DNA of 63,976 nucleotides, the filler included, from Sandaracinaceae bacterium (lineage in GTDB: Bacteria; Myxococcota_A; Polyangia; Polyangiales; JADJQN01): assembly GCA_947483975.1 (NCBI GenBank). It is 5 parts of 5 records of this genome, joined end to end, with 100 filler letters (N's around TTAATTAATTAA, not from the genome) between each part and the next. Parts side by side here need not be neighbours in the genome. Positions count along the whole stretch, not along the records: positions 1 to 13,308 come from CANKOL010000118.1; positions 13,409 to 26,704 come from CANKOL010000119.1; 3 more parts are not named here. The stretch is one strand, 5' to 3'. How positions within the stretch are numbered: the stretch's first letter is position 1; each line of letters starts with the position of its first letter. The notes beneath the pieces were generated by a model. The model was not told the origin of the DNA. It made no database searches and saw only the letters and a list, made by a program, of their open reading frames with translations. Below are positions 10,275-20,114 of the stretch, one piece after another. The translations under genes were made by a program, and so were the position numbers.

Positions 10275-12794
10275 ATGAGCGAGACCGCGGATCGGGTGCT
10301 GCGCGCGCTCTCGGGCTTCGTCGCGGAGCTGTCGAGCGCCACGCCCGAGAGCGTGCGGCGTTGCGTCGAGGATCTGACGACGCTCGGAGAGGCGGCGCCG
10401 ACGTTGGCGGCAGCAGCGCAGCGGCTCGCCAAGGCGCGCACGCCGGAGGCGGTGCTCGTCGCCGCCGCTGCGTCGCTGCGCATGCTCTCGCAGGCGAACG
10501 TGCAGAGCGCACCCGTCGCCGTGGCAGGAGGAGTGCCCGCGACTGACGAGGCGGGCGCCGCTACCCCCAACAAGCGCGGACGTTCGCCTCAGGATGCGCG
10601 ACGCGATGCGGCGCGGCAGCGCAAGCAGGCTCAGGCGATCGCGGCGGACGGAGCGGGCACGCTCGACGCGCTCGACCGTCCGGTGGAGTCGCTCTCGGGC
10701 ATCGGGCAGCGCGCAGGGGAGGCGCTTCGGCGGCGCGGGATCGACACCGTGGGCGAGCTCGCGCTGCTCTTGCCGCGCAGGTACGAGGACGAGCGCAAGA
10801 CGACGCCGTTCGGCGAGCTCCAGGCGGGCGCTCGGCAGGTCGTCGTCGGGGTCGTCGCCGCGACGCGCGCGGGGGGCGGCAGGCGGCGCTTCGTCGAGGT
10901 GACGTTCGAGGCGACGGAGGAGGAGCGCGGCGGGCGCACGGGGATGCTGCGCTGCATCTGGTTTCAGGCGCCGTACGGGCTCTCGCAGCGCTTCGTGCGC
11001 GGCGCGCGGTTTCGCGTCGCGGGGCCGGTCGACGAATTCCGCGGCGTGCTCTCGATGTCGCACCCGGACGCGCTGCGACTCGACGGCGAGGAGGACGTGC
11101 ACGTCGGCGTGCTCCCGCGCTATCCAGATCTGCCAGGCGTCGCGCCGAAGCTCGTCGCGCGCTCGGCGCGGGCGGCCGTGGAGCGCATCGCCGACGGCTA
11201 TCCTGAGGCGGTGCCGGCGGAGATCCGGCGCAGCGAAGGGCTGCCCGAGCTGGTCGACGCTCTGCGGGCGCTGCACGACCCGCCCGCGGACCTCGACGAT
11301 GCCGCGCTCGCGGCGTGGAACGACGGACGCACGCCCTTCCATGCGCGCCTCGCGTACGAGGAGTTCTTCCTGCTCGAGCTCGCGCTGCACGCGCGGCGGG
11401 CCGAGGAGGCGGGGCTCTGGGCTGAGCCGCTGGTCGCCGCTCGTGCACCTGTCGCGCGCGCGCGCGCCGCGCTGCCGTTTCAGCTCACGAAGGCGCAGGA
11501 GCGCGTGCTCGCGGAGATCGCGAGCGACCTCGGGCGCGATGTGCCGATGCGGCGGCTGCTCCAGGGCGACGTCGGCTGCGGCAAGACGGCGGTGGCGATG
11601 CTCGCGTGCGCGCACGCCGTCGCGTCCGGCGCGCAGGCGGCGATCATGGCGCCCACGGAAGTCCTGGCAGAACAGCACTTTCGTTCGCTCGAGCCGCTCG
11701 CGAAGGCGCTCGGGCTGCGCATGGCCCTCGTCGTCGGCGGGGCGCGCGTCTCGCACAAGCGCAACGTGCGCAAGGAGCTGGCGGAGGGGACGCTCGACGT
11801 CGCCGTCGGCACGCACGCGCTGCTCGTCGAGGGCGTGGTCTTTCGTCGGCTGCGGCTCGTGGTCGTCGACGAGCAGCATCGTTTTGGCGTGTCGCAGCGG
11901 CTGCGCCTCGTCGAGAAGAGCGGCGGTTCGGACGCGCGCCCGGTGCTCCCGCACCTGCTGGTGATGACCGCGACGCCCATCCCGAGGACGCTCGCGCTCG
12001 CGCTCTACGGGGACCTCGATGTCAGCGTCATCGACGAGCTCCCGCCGGGGCGCCGACCGACGCTGACGCGCGCCTACCCGGAGGCGCGTCGTGAGGAGGC
12101 GTACGTGCAGCTCGGGCGGGCGCTTGACGCCGGCGGGCAGGCGTTCGTCGTGTGCCCGCTCGTCGAGGAGTCGGAGGAGGTCGAGCTGCGCGACGCGACG
12201 AGCACCTTCGAGGAGCTGTCGCGGCGCTTCGCGGAGCAGGGCGTCGAGCTGCTGCATGGGCGCCTGCCCCCCGAGCAAAAGCAGCGCGCGATGGCGCGGT
12301 TCGCGTCCGGCGAGGTGCGCGTGCTCGTCGCGACCACGGTCGTCGAGGTCGGCGTGGACGTGCCGCGCGCCAACGTGATCTTGGTCGAGCACGCCGAGCG
12401 CTTCGGCCTCGCGCAGCTGCACCAGCTTCGTGGGCGCGTCGGGCGCGGCGGGCAGGCGAGCGCGTGTCTGCTCGTGCACGAGGCGCGGGGGGATGACGCG
12501 GTCGCGCGGCTGCGCGTGCTCTGTGAGACGAACGACGGCTTTCGCATCGCAGAAGAGGACCTCCGGATTCGCGGACCGGGGGAGCTGTTCGGGAGGAAGC
12601 AGTCCGGGCTGCCCGGGTTTCGCTTCGGGGATCTGAGCCGCGACGTGGAGCTGCTGCAGCGGGCGCGCGACGCGGCGCGCGGGATGCTCGCGGGCGATCC
12701 AGGCCTGACGGCGCCCGAGCACGAGGGGGCCCGTCGTGCGCTCGCCAGGCTCGCCGCCTCGCCGCGCTCGGTCGTGCGCGAGGAGGCGGGGTGA
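10275..12794 (+). CDS. recG: ATP-dependent DNA helicase RecG with N-terminal extension
   Basis: RLLQGDVGCGKT, DEQHRFG, MTATPIPRT, QLHQLRGRVGRG, DLRIRGPGE motifs. Confidence 0.95.
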   Translation: MSETADRVLRALSGFVAELSSATPESVRRCVEDLTTLGEAAPTLAAAAQRLAKARTPEAVLVAAAASLRMLSQANVQSAPVAVAGGVPATDEAGAATPNKRGRSPQDARRDAARQRKQAQAIAADGAGTLDALDRPVESLSGIGQRAGEALRRRGIDTVGELALLLPRRYEDERKTTPFGELQAGARQVVVGVVAATRAGGGRRRFVEVTFEATEEERGGRTGMLRCIWFQAPYGLSQRFVRGARFRVAGPVDEFRGVLSMSHPDALRLDGEEDVHVGVLPRYPDLPGVAPKLVARSARAAVERIADGYPEAVPAEIRRSEGLPELVDALRALHDPPADLDDAALAAWNDGRTPFHARLAYEEFFLLELALHARRAEEAGLWAEPLVAARAPVARARAALPFQLTKAQERVLAEIASDLGRDVPMRRLLQGDVGCGKTAVAMLACAHAVASGAQAAIMAPTEVLAEQHFRSLEPLAKALGLRMALVVGGARVSHKRNVRKELAEGTLDVAVGTHALLVEGVVFRRLRLVVVDEQHRFGVSQRLRLVEKSGGSDARPVLPHLLVMTATPIPRTLALALYGDLDVSVIDELPPGRRPTLTRAYPEARREEAYVQLGRALDAGGQAFVVCPLVEESEEVELRDATSTFEELSRRFAEQGVELLHGRLPPEQKQRAMARFASGEVRVLVATTVVEVGVDVPRANVILVEHAERFGLAQLHQLRGRVGRGGQASACLLVHEARGDDAVARLRVLCETNDGFRIAEEDLRIRGPGELFGRKQSGLPGFRFGDLSRDVELLQRARDAARGMLAGDPGLTAPEHEGARRALARLAASPRSVVREEAG

Positions 12795-13308
12795 GCGGGG
12801 TTTCCTCGAGGAGTGAGCGCGTCGTGAACGCGTTGGCGCGGGCTGCGTTCGCCGGCGCGGGGCTGGCTTGCGCGGAGCTTGCGCTCGCGCAGTCGGCGCG
12901 CGAGGACCTCTTCGCGCCTGGCGAGTTCGGGCGCTATGCGCTCGCGGCTGTCGGCGTCTCGGCGGCGCTTTCCCTGCTCGCGACGGCGCTGCTCGCTGGG
13001 CTGCGCGGGCTTGCCGGGCGCGGTGCGGTCGATAGTGAGAGCGCGCAGCGGCGGCTCTGGGTGGCAGTGTTCGCGCTCGTCGCGCCGACGACGGACCTCG
13101 CGCTCTGGCTGCTGACGAACGGGCGCCGCGTGCGGGCGCTGCCGGGGCGCGCGCTGGTCGTCGCCCTCGCGGCGGGCGCGCTCGCGTTCGGCGTGGGGTT
13201 CCTCGCGTCGCGCTGGCTCGTGTGGCGCAGGAGCGGCGCTCGGCGCGCGCGGGCGCTCGTCGCGTGCGGGCTCGCGGTCGTCACCGTGGCTTGCCTCGCG
13301 GTGGATCA
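12791..13308 (+). CDS. Membrane protein, 3'-truncated at contig end (possibly the N-terminus of a membrane-anchored sulfatase)
   Basis: GTG overlapping the recG stop; several TM helices; runs into the N spacer; product guess is inference only. Confidence 0.55.
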
Positions 13309-13408
13309 NNNNNNNNNNNNNNNNNNNNNNNNNNNNNNNNNNNNNNNNNNNNTTAATTAATTAANNNNNNNNNNNNNNNNNNNNNNNNNNNNNNNNNNNN
13401 NNNNNNNN
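13309..13408. other. Artificial contig spacer
   Basis: 100 bp of N with central TTAATTAATTAA (stops in all frames). Confidence 0.99.
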
Positions 13409-13409
13409 C

Positions 13410-15722
13410 GAGACGCCGACGGACCCGACGCTCGGCACTCCGTGCGGCACGGACACGGGCGCGTGTGCGCGCGGGACGGTCGTCTGTGACGTGAGCGGAG
13501 CGCTCGTGTGCTTCGGCGGGACCGCCTCGAGCGCCGAGACCTGCAATGGAGTGGACGACGACTGCGACGGGATGATTGACAACGATCCAATCGACGACGG
13601 CGGCGCTTGCGGGAGTCGAGCCGGCGCGTGTGTCGAGGGCTCGGAGGTCTGTGCCGGCGGAGCGCTCGTGTGTGTCGGCGGCGTCGGGCGGGCGGCCGAG
13701 ATGTGCAACGGACTCGACGACGACTGTGACGGCGCGACGGACGAGGACCTGGGTGGCGTACCGCTCACGCGTGGTTGCTACACCGGGCCCATTGCCAGTT
13801 CGGGAGTAGGGCTCTGTGTCGCTGGCACCCAGACCTGCGTCGGCGGCGTGTTCGGCGCGTGCGGGGGGCAGACTCTGCCGGTGCCCGAGACGTGCGACGG
13901 CCGCGACCAAAACTGCGACGGTGCGACCGACGAGGGGCTCACGCAGGGTTGCTACACCGGTCTTCTCGCGACGGTCGGAGTCGGCGTGTGCCGGAGCGGT
14001 GCGCGCGTGTGCGCGAGTGGCACTTTCTCGGGCGCGTGCGCGGGGCAGAGGCTTCCAGGCACAGAGGTCTGCAACGGGCTCGACGACGACTGCGACCACG
14101 CGACGGACGAGACCTCGAGCGGCGGTCCGATCACGCAGACTTGTTATACGGGTCCCGGCGGGACGTCGGGAGTCGGCACCTGCACCACGGGTGTGCAGAC
14201 CTGCGCGTTTGGCACCTTGGGCGGCTGCGACGGGGAGGTCGTGCCGGCGACCGACCGCTGCGGCGACACGCTCGACACCGACTGCGACGGCCTCGGCGAC
14301 GTCGCCGAGGGGTGTCTCTACGCGGGCGGCGAATTCCGCCTCGACGGTGGGGGAGCAGGCGGCAATCAGTCGAACCCCGGTGACTTCCACTCGTACGACG
14401 TGCACCTCGCGTACGGTGGCGCGACGTCGGGCACCAACGTCTATGCGGTGTGGAGCGACCGGCGGAACGGTCCCGCCGACGTCTTCATGAGGCGCTCGGT
14501 CGACGGCGGTCTGACGTGGAGCGACATCCAGAATCTCACCTCCGGCACAGGCGTCGCGGCGGTCGTGCCGGTGCTCGCGGTGGCTTATGACCCCGTGATC
14601 GTGGCGGACCGCGTCGTCGTCTCGTGGCAAGAGGTGAACGGCGGTACACGGCAACTCTACGTCGTGCGCTCGGTCGACAGCGGCGCCACCTTCGTCGCAC
14701 CCGGGACCGGCGCGCGCATGGACTCGGGAGGCGCAATCGACGCTTTCCATCAGGACGTCGCCGTGTCGTCCGACGGGCGGTTCATCTCGGTCGTGTGGGA
14801 GCAGCTCGCGACCGCGACCGTCACGCGCGATGTCTACGTTCGGCGCTCGACCGACTACGGCCTGACGTTCGGCATCGGGCAGCGGGTCACGGTCAACAGC
14901 GGCGTGGCGCCGCAGGCGGGGCGCCCGACGACGGTCGTGACCGGCACCGGGCGCTTCGTCATCGTGTGGCGCGAGGTGCGCGCGGGGCGGCACTCCTTCG
15001 ACGTCTACGCGAACTGGGTGGATGGCGTCAGCAGCCCGGTCTTGGGTGGCCCGGAAGTGCGCCTCGACGGCGACACGAGCGACACGCGGCAGAGCGATCT
15101 CCCCGAGGCGGTGGTCGCGGGCAACAACGTCTACGTCGCTTGGGAGGACGTCTCGACCGGCGCGGGCGGCGGCTCCGACATCGTCTTCGCGCGCTCGACG
15201 ACGAACGGCGCGAGCTTCGCGACGGAGCAGATCATCGACGATCCGAGCGCCGAGGTGTCGAGCTCGCTCGATGTGTCCATCGAGATCGATCCGATGACCG
15301 CGAGCGCGACCGACGACCGCGTGTTCCTCGCGTGGGAGGACACGCGTGAGGGCTCGCAGATCTACTTCGCGCGCAGCGTCGATGCGGGCGCCACCTTCTC
15401 CGCGGCGCGGCGCGCCTCGAGCAGCGGCGACCTCGCGTTGACGGGCGTCTCGCGCGACCCTGCGCTCGCGTTCGTCGGCGGCAACACGCTGGTCATCGGC
15501 TACACGAACGACCGGGCCGGCGTCTCCCACGCGTACGCCGCGGCGTCGATCGACGCGGGCGCGACGTGGCAGCTGACCGACCCGCAGCTCGACACGGGGA
15601 TTGGCCAGTCGGTCACGCCTTCGGTGGTGCGGGCGCTCAACGGCGGGCTCATCGCGTGGATCGACTTCCGCAGCACGACTCGGATCAATGGCGATCCATA
15701 CTTGGTTCGGGTCGGACGCTGA
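13410..15722 (+). CDS. 5'-truncated Cys-rich repeat (ExCNGxDDDCDG, MopE-related/metal-binding-motif type) surface protein with C-terminal Asp-box (BNR) beta-propeller
   Basis: Repeated ETCNGVDDDCDG-like units; six Asp-boxes (RSVDGGLTW, RSVDSGATF, RSTDYGLTF, RSTTNGASF, RSVDAGATF, ASIDAGATW); frame open back to the contig edge. Confidence 0.8.
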   Translation, partial: ETPTDPTLGTPCGTDTGACARGTVVCDVSGALVCFGGTASSAETCNGVDDDCDGMIDNDPIDDGGACGSRAGACVEGSEVCAGGALVCVGGVGRAAEMCNGLDDDCDGATDEDLGGVPLTRGCYTGPIASSGVGLCVAGTQTCVGGVFGACGGQTLPVPETCDGRDQNCDGATDEGLTQGCYTGLLATVGVGVCRSGARVCASGTFSGACAGQRLPGTEVCNGLDDDCDHATDETSSGGPITQTCYTGPGGTSGVGTCTTGVQTCAFGTLGGCDGEVVPATDRCGDTLDTDCDGLGDVAEGCLYAGGEFRLDGGGAGGNQSNPGDFHSYDVHLAYGGATSGTNVYAVWSDRRNGPADVFMRRSVDGGLTWSDIQNLTSGTGVAAVVPVLAVAYDPVIVADRVVVSWQEVNGGTRQLYVVRSVDSGATFVAPGTGARMDSGGAIDAFHQDVAVSSDGRFISVVWEQLATATVTRDVYVRRSTDYGLTFGIGQRVTVNSGVAPQAGRPTTVVTGTGRFVIVWREVRAGRHSFDVYANWVDGVSSPVLGGPEVRLDGDTSDTRQSDLPEAVVAGNNVYVAWEDVSTGAGGGSDIVFARSTTNGASFATEQIIDDPSAEVSSSLDVSIEIDPMTASATDDRVFLAWEDTREGSQIYFARSVDAGATFSAARRASSSGDLALTGVSRDPALAFVGGNTLVIGYTNDRAGVSHAYAAASIDAGATWQLTDPQLDTGIGQSVTPSVVRALNGGLIAWIDFRSTTRINGDPYLVRVGR

Positions 15723-15738
15723 ACGGAACGCATCGAGC

Positions 15739-16215
15739 ATGAACGAACACTTCGACGGACATCTCTTCGGGGTCGGGCAGCCGTGCTTCGGCTGCTCGCC
15801 CGACCATCCGACCGGCTTTCGGCTCACGTTCCAGCGCGAGGGCGACGAGATGGTCACGCGGTTCACCCCCGGCGAGCAGTACCAAGGACCGCCCGGCATC
15901 ATGCACGGCGGACTCGTCGCGACGCTCGCTGACGAGGTCGCGGCGTGGGCGCTCATCGGCTTGCTTGGCAAGTTCGGGTTCACCGCGTCGTTCACCGCGA
16001 GGCTCGGCGGTGCGGTGCGCGTTGGCACTCCGCTCGAGGCCCGCAGCCGGATCGTCCGCGACAAATTCCGCATCGTCGAGGTCGCCGTGCGTATCGCGCA
16101 GAGCGGCGCCGACACCTTCGCCGGGACGTTCAAGTTCGTGGTCCTCGACAAGAAGGGCGCCGAGCGCCTGCTCGGTGGGCCGCTTCCGGAGGCCTGGGAA
16201 ACGTATTGCCGCTAG
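15739..16215 (+). CDS. PaaI-family hotdog-fold thioesterase
   Basis: CFGC...YQGPPGIMHGGLVATLADE motif. Confidence 0.85.
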   Translation: MNEHFDGHLFGVGQPCFGCSPDHPTGFRLTFQREGDEMVTRFTPGEQYQGPPGIMHGGLVATLADEVAAWALIGLLGKFGFTASFTARLGGAVRVGTPLEARSRIVRDKFRIVEVAVRIAQSGADTFAGTFKFVVLDKKGAERLLGGPLPEAWETYCR

Positions 16216-16296
16216 CGAGGCGCGGGCACCCGGTGGTTCCGCGCGGGGGGCTCGAACGATGGGCGGCAGGATATCCGGCCGCGCGCCGTCGGCGCT

Positions 16297-16403
16297 GACC
16301 GTGGTTGAGCGGTCCGGCGTCGGACGCGACCGCGCCGACCGTGGTTGAGCGGTCCGGCGTCGGACGCGACCGCGCCGACCGTGGTTGAGCGGTCCGGCGT
16401 CGG
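16297..16403. repeat. 40-bp tandem repeat x2.7 (REP-like, two hairpins per unit)
   Basis: GACCGTGGTTGAGCGGTCCGGCGTCGGACGCGACCGCGCC repeated at 16297, 16337 and partially at 16377. Confidence 0.92.
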
Positions 16404-16443
16404 GGCGGCGTCGGCCGCCAGCAAATCCGCCAATTCGTGGCCG

Positions 16444-16487
16444 TAACCATTTGAAATCACGTGCTGCACTTTCGGCACGCCGTGTGC
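16444..16487 (+). promoter_or_regulatory. IHF-like site plus sigma-54-like -24/-12 promoter
   Basis: TAACCATTTGAAA (16444-16456) is one mismatch from YAANNNNTTGATW; CGGCACGCCGTGTGC (16473-16487) has GG-N10-GC spacing, 13 nt before the ATG. Confidence 0.55.
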
Positions 16488-16500
16488 GTTGTGCCCGCAG

Positions 16501-17403
16501 ATGTCACGGCCTCGCCAGATCCTCCAGGGTTCGACCTACCTCATCACGCGGCGCACGTTGCGGCGACACTTCCTCCTCCGCCCTGACTCGGAGATGCGCG
16601 AGATCATCGTGTACCTGCTGGCCGTTTGCGCTGAACAGCATGGGATTCGGGTGCACGCGTTCTGCGCGATGTCGACGCACCTTCACATCGTGCTGACGGA
16701 CCCACTGGGCGTGCTGCCGCGCTTTCTCGAGTGCTTCCACAGGCTGGTCGGACTCTGCACGAAGGTGTTGCGCAAATGGGAGGGTCCACTCTGGGACCAC
16801 GCGCAGACGTCGGTCGTCCGACTCGAGACAACCGAGGCCGTCGTAGACAAGATTGGCTATGTCCTCGCGAATCCCGTCGCCTCGGGGCTCGTTCGGTACG
16901 CGCACGAGTGGCCGGGCGCGAAGAGTCGAGTGAACGAACTCGGCGGTGGACGTGTGCGGGCCGCTCGGCCGCGCGTCTATCTCGATGCCGACCGCGCCAG
17001 GTGGCCCGACGCCGCGGTGGTTGAGCTCGCGTTGCCGTCGGATGTGAGGGGCCGAGACGCCGGCGTCTGGCGTGACGCGGTGAAGGCCTCGGTCGCCGAG
17101 CATGAGGCGCGCGGGCGCGCCGAGGTCGCAGCGAGCGGACGGAGCTTCCTCGGAGCGCGGCGGGCGGAGCGGATATCGCCCTACGATCGAGCCACGACCG
17201 TCGAGGCCGACAGGGAGCGGAATCCGACGTTCGCTGTTGGGGCCGTCATCGGCGCTTGCGCTCGCGCGGTGCAGGCGCTTCGTGCGTTCCTGGGGGCCTA
17301 CGATGCAGCGATGGCGCGGTGGCGAACCGGAGTGCGCGAGACCGTGTTTCCGGCGGGAACGTGGTGGATGGTCAGGGTGCACGCCGTCATCGTCGGGATG
17401 TAG
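16501..17403 (+). mobile_element. RAYT-like Y1/HUH tyrosine transposase (IS200/IS605 superfamily) with C-terminal extension
   Basis: TYLITRRT N-terminus, CAMSTHLHIVL HUH motif, W-x-G-x-x-W, catalytic-Tyr region GYVLANPVASGLV...WP. Confidence 0.85.
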
Positions 17404-17790
17404 GTCAGGATCCGAGTCGAGCGGATTTGCGCCCGAGAGACGGTGCCCCCGTTGAAGCGCCGCGGTGCGTGTGCGCGACGCAGAACCCTGCGTCGAATCG
17501 CCATGCAGGAGCGGTGGTTCCGGGGCGGGTGCGCCAGGGGGGCTGAGGTCGGGCGGTCTGGGTTTGGGAAGCGCACCAGAAACGCCTTCCTTCGCGCAGG
17601 GCGCGCAGCGCGGGCCCCCACTGCGCCGGTGAGTCGGTGTCCCAACGTCGGTCGGGCTGCTCCGGTTGCCCCGGCGTGCACGGGGACCGAGCGCATGGAT
17701 GGTCCGCGCGTCTGCCGCCCGCCCGCGGTTCGATCTGAGCGCGTCGAGGCGCGCCGCGGTCCCGCCCCCCGCTCGTGACTCCCGCTCGGC

Positions 17791-19980
17791 TCAGCGCCGA
17801 GCGATGGTGATCTCGACCGACGCGCCGCGGACCGCGACGTGATAGGCGGGCGCCATCCCGTCGCGGAAGCGAATCGCGAGGTCGGCGTGGTCACCGCGGT
17901 TGATGATCATCGCGGTCGCGACGGCGGGGTGCGAGGTCGCGATCGGCGCCGCACGGTCCAGCGTGAGGGCGCCGAGGATGCGCACGTCGAAGCCGCTCGG
18001 ATCAGGCCGCCCCACCAGACCCGTGACGTTTTGGCTCATGCGGAGCGTGAAGGTCTGGCCGTGCGAGACGTTGGGCTGGCCGAACTCCTGCGCGCTCGCT
18101 GAGGCCGCGTTGGGGTCCGCGGCAGCAGGGGCTGCGCCGACGCCGTTCGCCGCGGGCGCACGCAGCGTCGGGTCGCGCCCGGCGATGGCTTCACCACGCA
18201 CGTCGACCGCGTAGGGCGACGCGGTCGCGAGCCCGGCCGGCGGCGCCGCCGGGCGCGCTGCGGCTTGGACGGTGGGGTACGTGGGCGGCGGCAGATGCCC
18301 GGCGACGTAACTCGGTGCCGAGAGGGCAGTCGGCGTCGCGGGGACTACGGCCGCGGGCATCGCAGCTGTCGGCAGGGTCGGCAGCGCGGCGGGAACCTCG
18401 GTCGGCGCGGCGAGCGCAGGAACGGGCGCGGGGACCGTGACCGCAGTGCCGGGAGCCGCCGGAGCGAGCGGAGTCACTGGAGCGCCCGGAATTTCGAGCT
18501 TGTCGCCGTCGTCGCCCGAGAAGGCATACGCGCCGAGCGCGACCGCACCGACCGCCGCCGCTGCGAGCACGACGTACCGACCCACGGGGCGCCGCACGAC
18601 CACGGCCTCTGGCGCTGCCGCCGCGGTCTTGCGCGAGCGCCACTCTCCCGGCGCCGCGACGGTCGGCGCCGGTGCGGTGGTGCGGCGTGGCTTCTGCGCC
18701 TGGGCGCTCGTCGCCGCAGCGCGAGCGTCCACCTTGGCGCGCAGGACGCCAGCGAAGCGGGAGAGCAGCGCGATGGTCCGCGCGCTCGCTGCCTGCACAG
18801 CCGGTCCCACTCGGCGCACGGCTGCGACACTCACCGCTCGGGCGCGCTCGAGCGCAGCGAGCAGGACGGGCTTGACGCGCTCCCAGAGCGCGACCGCCTC
18901 GCTGCGCGTTCGGCTGACCAGCGAGAGCAGCTTGGCGAGCACGAGCGCGAGCTTCTGCGCAGGGACCTCGGAGCCGAGCGCAGGTGTGCCGTCCCGGTCG
19001 TTGCGCACGACCTGCACCGCGTCACGCACCGGGCGGGCTGGCGCTGCGCCAACGGTGGTCGCCGAAGCTGCGGTCGCGGAAGCTGCCATCGAGGCGTTCA
19101 GCTCCCGGAGGGCGTCGTCCGCGGAGAGGCGCGCGGAATCCTCGTGCTCTTCCTCGTCGTCCTCCTCGCCGCCCGTCGGCGCGGCCAGCATACCGGAGCT
19201 CGAACGTCGGATGGCCGCGTGCTCCGCCTCGTCGTCGGCGTAGGCCGCGTGCGCCATCATCGGCGCGACGAGATCGGGGTCGGTGCGGTCGTCGCCGGGC
19301 AGCGTCAGGGGGCGCGACGAGGTCGCCATCGACGACGGCGAAGCGACCGACGTTGAGGCCGCTGACGCCGCCAACGGCTCGTCGAAGACGACCTGCAGGA
19401 CGAGTTTTGGCAGATCGCCGCAGAGCTGGAGGTCGACGCTGCCGATGCGCCCGCGGCGCGCAGCCCCGCTCGCATCGCGGACGGCGACGCCCGTGTCGAG
19501 CGCCAGGAACGGGAGCTCCTGCTCGAGGGTCATCAGGTCGTCGGCGCGGTGCGTGACCCGGGCGACGATGGGGGTCGGTACGCCGTCGAGGAAGAGCCGC
19601 GCGACGGCGCGAGCGCCCGGCGCCGGGACGGCAGACGCTTCCGCGTCATCGCCGACGAGCGCGCGAATCGCCTCTTCCGAGCGTGCGTCGAGCGCGACGA
19701 AGCGCAGGCCGAACTCGCCCTGGTGCTCGCCCGCATCGGTCGCCCAGACGACCTCGCCCTCGGCTTCGAGCGGCTCGCCGAGCGGCGGGCACTCGAAGCG
19801 GCACGCGAGCCGGGAGCCGACCTCCGGCAGATACGCTGCGCGCATCGAGAGGCCGCCGGTGCTCAAGTTCACGGCGTCGGCTTCGAAGGGCTCATCGAAG
19901 TCACGATGTGCGAGCGAGACGAGCACGTCCAAGGGGACGCGCACCGCTACGTTGGACCGACGCTCGTGGGCTGCTTGCAT
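17791..19980 (-). CDS. PilZ-domain protein with long linker, TM helix and C-terminal periplasmic domain
   Basis: N-terminal ERR...AVNLSTGGLSMR...GEVVW...FGLRF; TM YVVLAAAAVGAVALGAYAF; AGGAG RBS before ATG 19980. Confidence 0.75.
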   Translation of the reverse strand: MQAAHERRSNVAVRVPLDVLVSLAHRDFDEPFEADAVNLSTGGLSMRAAYLPEVGSRLACRFECPPLGEPLEAEGEVVWATDAGEHQGEFGLRFVALDARSEEAIRALVGDDAEASAVPAPGARAVARLFLDGVPTPIVARVTHRADDLMTLEQELPFLALDTGVAVRDASGAARRGRIGSVDLQLCGDLPKLVLQVVFDEPLAASAASTSVASPSSMATSSRPLTLPGDDRTDPDLVAPMMAHAAYADDEAEHAAIRRSSSGMLAAPTGGEEDDEEEHEDSARLSADDALRELNASMAASATAASATTVGAAPARPVRDAVQVVRNDRDGTPALGSEVPAQKLALVLAKLLSLVSRTRSEAVALWERVKPVLLAALERARAVSVAAVRRVGPAVQAASARTIALLSRFAGVLRAKVDARAAATSAQAQKPRRTTAPAPTVAAPGEWRSRKTAAAAPEAVVVRRPVGRYVVLAAAAVGAVALGAYAFSGDDGDKLEIPGAPVTPLAPAAPGTAVTVPAPVPALAAPTEVPAALPTLPTAAMPAAVVPATPTALSAPSYVAGHLPPPTYPTVQAAARPAAPPAGLATASPYAVDVRGEAIAGRDPTLRAPAANGVGAAPAAADPNAASASAQEFGQPNVSHGQTFTLRMSQNVTGLVGRPDPSGFDVRILGALTLDRAAPIATSHPAVATAMIINRGDHADLAIRFRDGMAPAYHVAVRGASVEITIARR

Positions 19981-20114
19981 GGTGGAATCTCCTGGCACGA
20001 GCGACCCTTCTCAGAACGCTCCGCCAAAATCCAATTTTCGGCGAACGCTGCCCGCGGAGCCACGCGCGCTTTCCTTGACCCCGTGATCCGCTGCGCGCAG
20101 TGTCGCCGCTGACC

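Noticed and set aside
13353..13364. TTAATTAATTAA palindromes (also in the other three N runs) as biological sites
   Set aside because: Identical linker centred in 100-bp N spacers; an assembly concatenation artefact.
16297..16403. CRISPR or mini-array
   Set aside because: The whole 40-bp unit is repeated identically; there are no variable spacers.
16501..17403. IS605-type element with TnpB/IscB RNA-guided nuclease
   Set aside because: No RuvC or zinc-finger ORF is adjacent on this contig; only the Y1 HUH gene is present.
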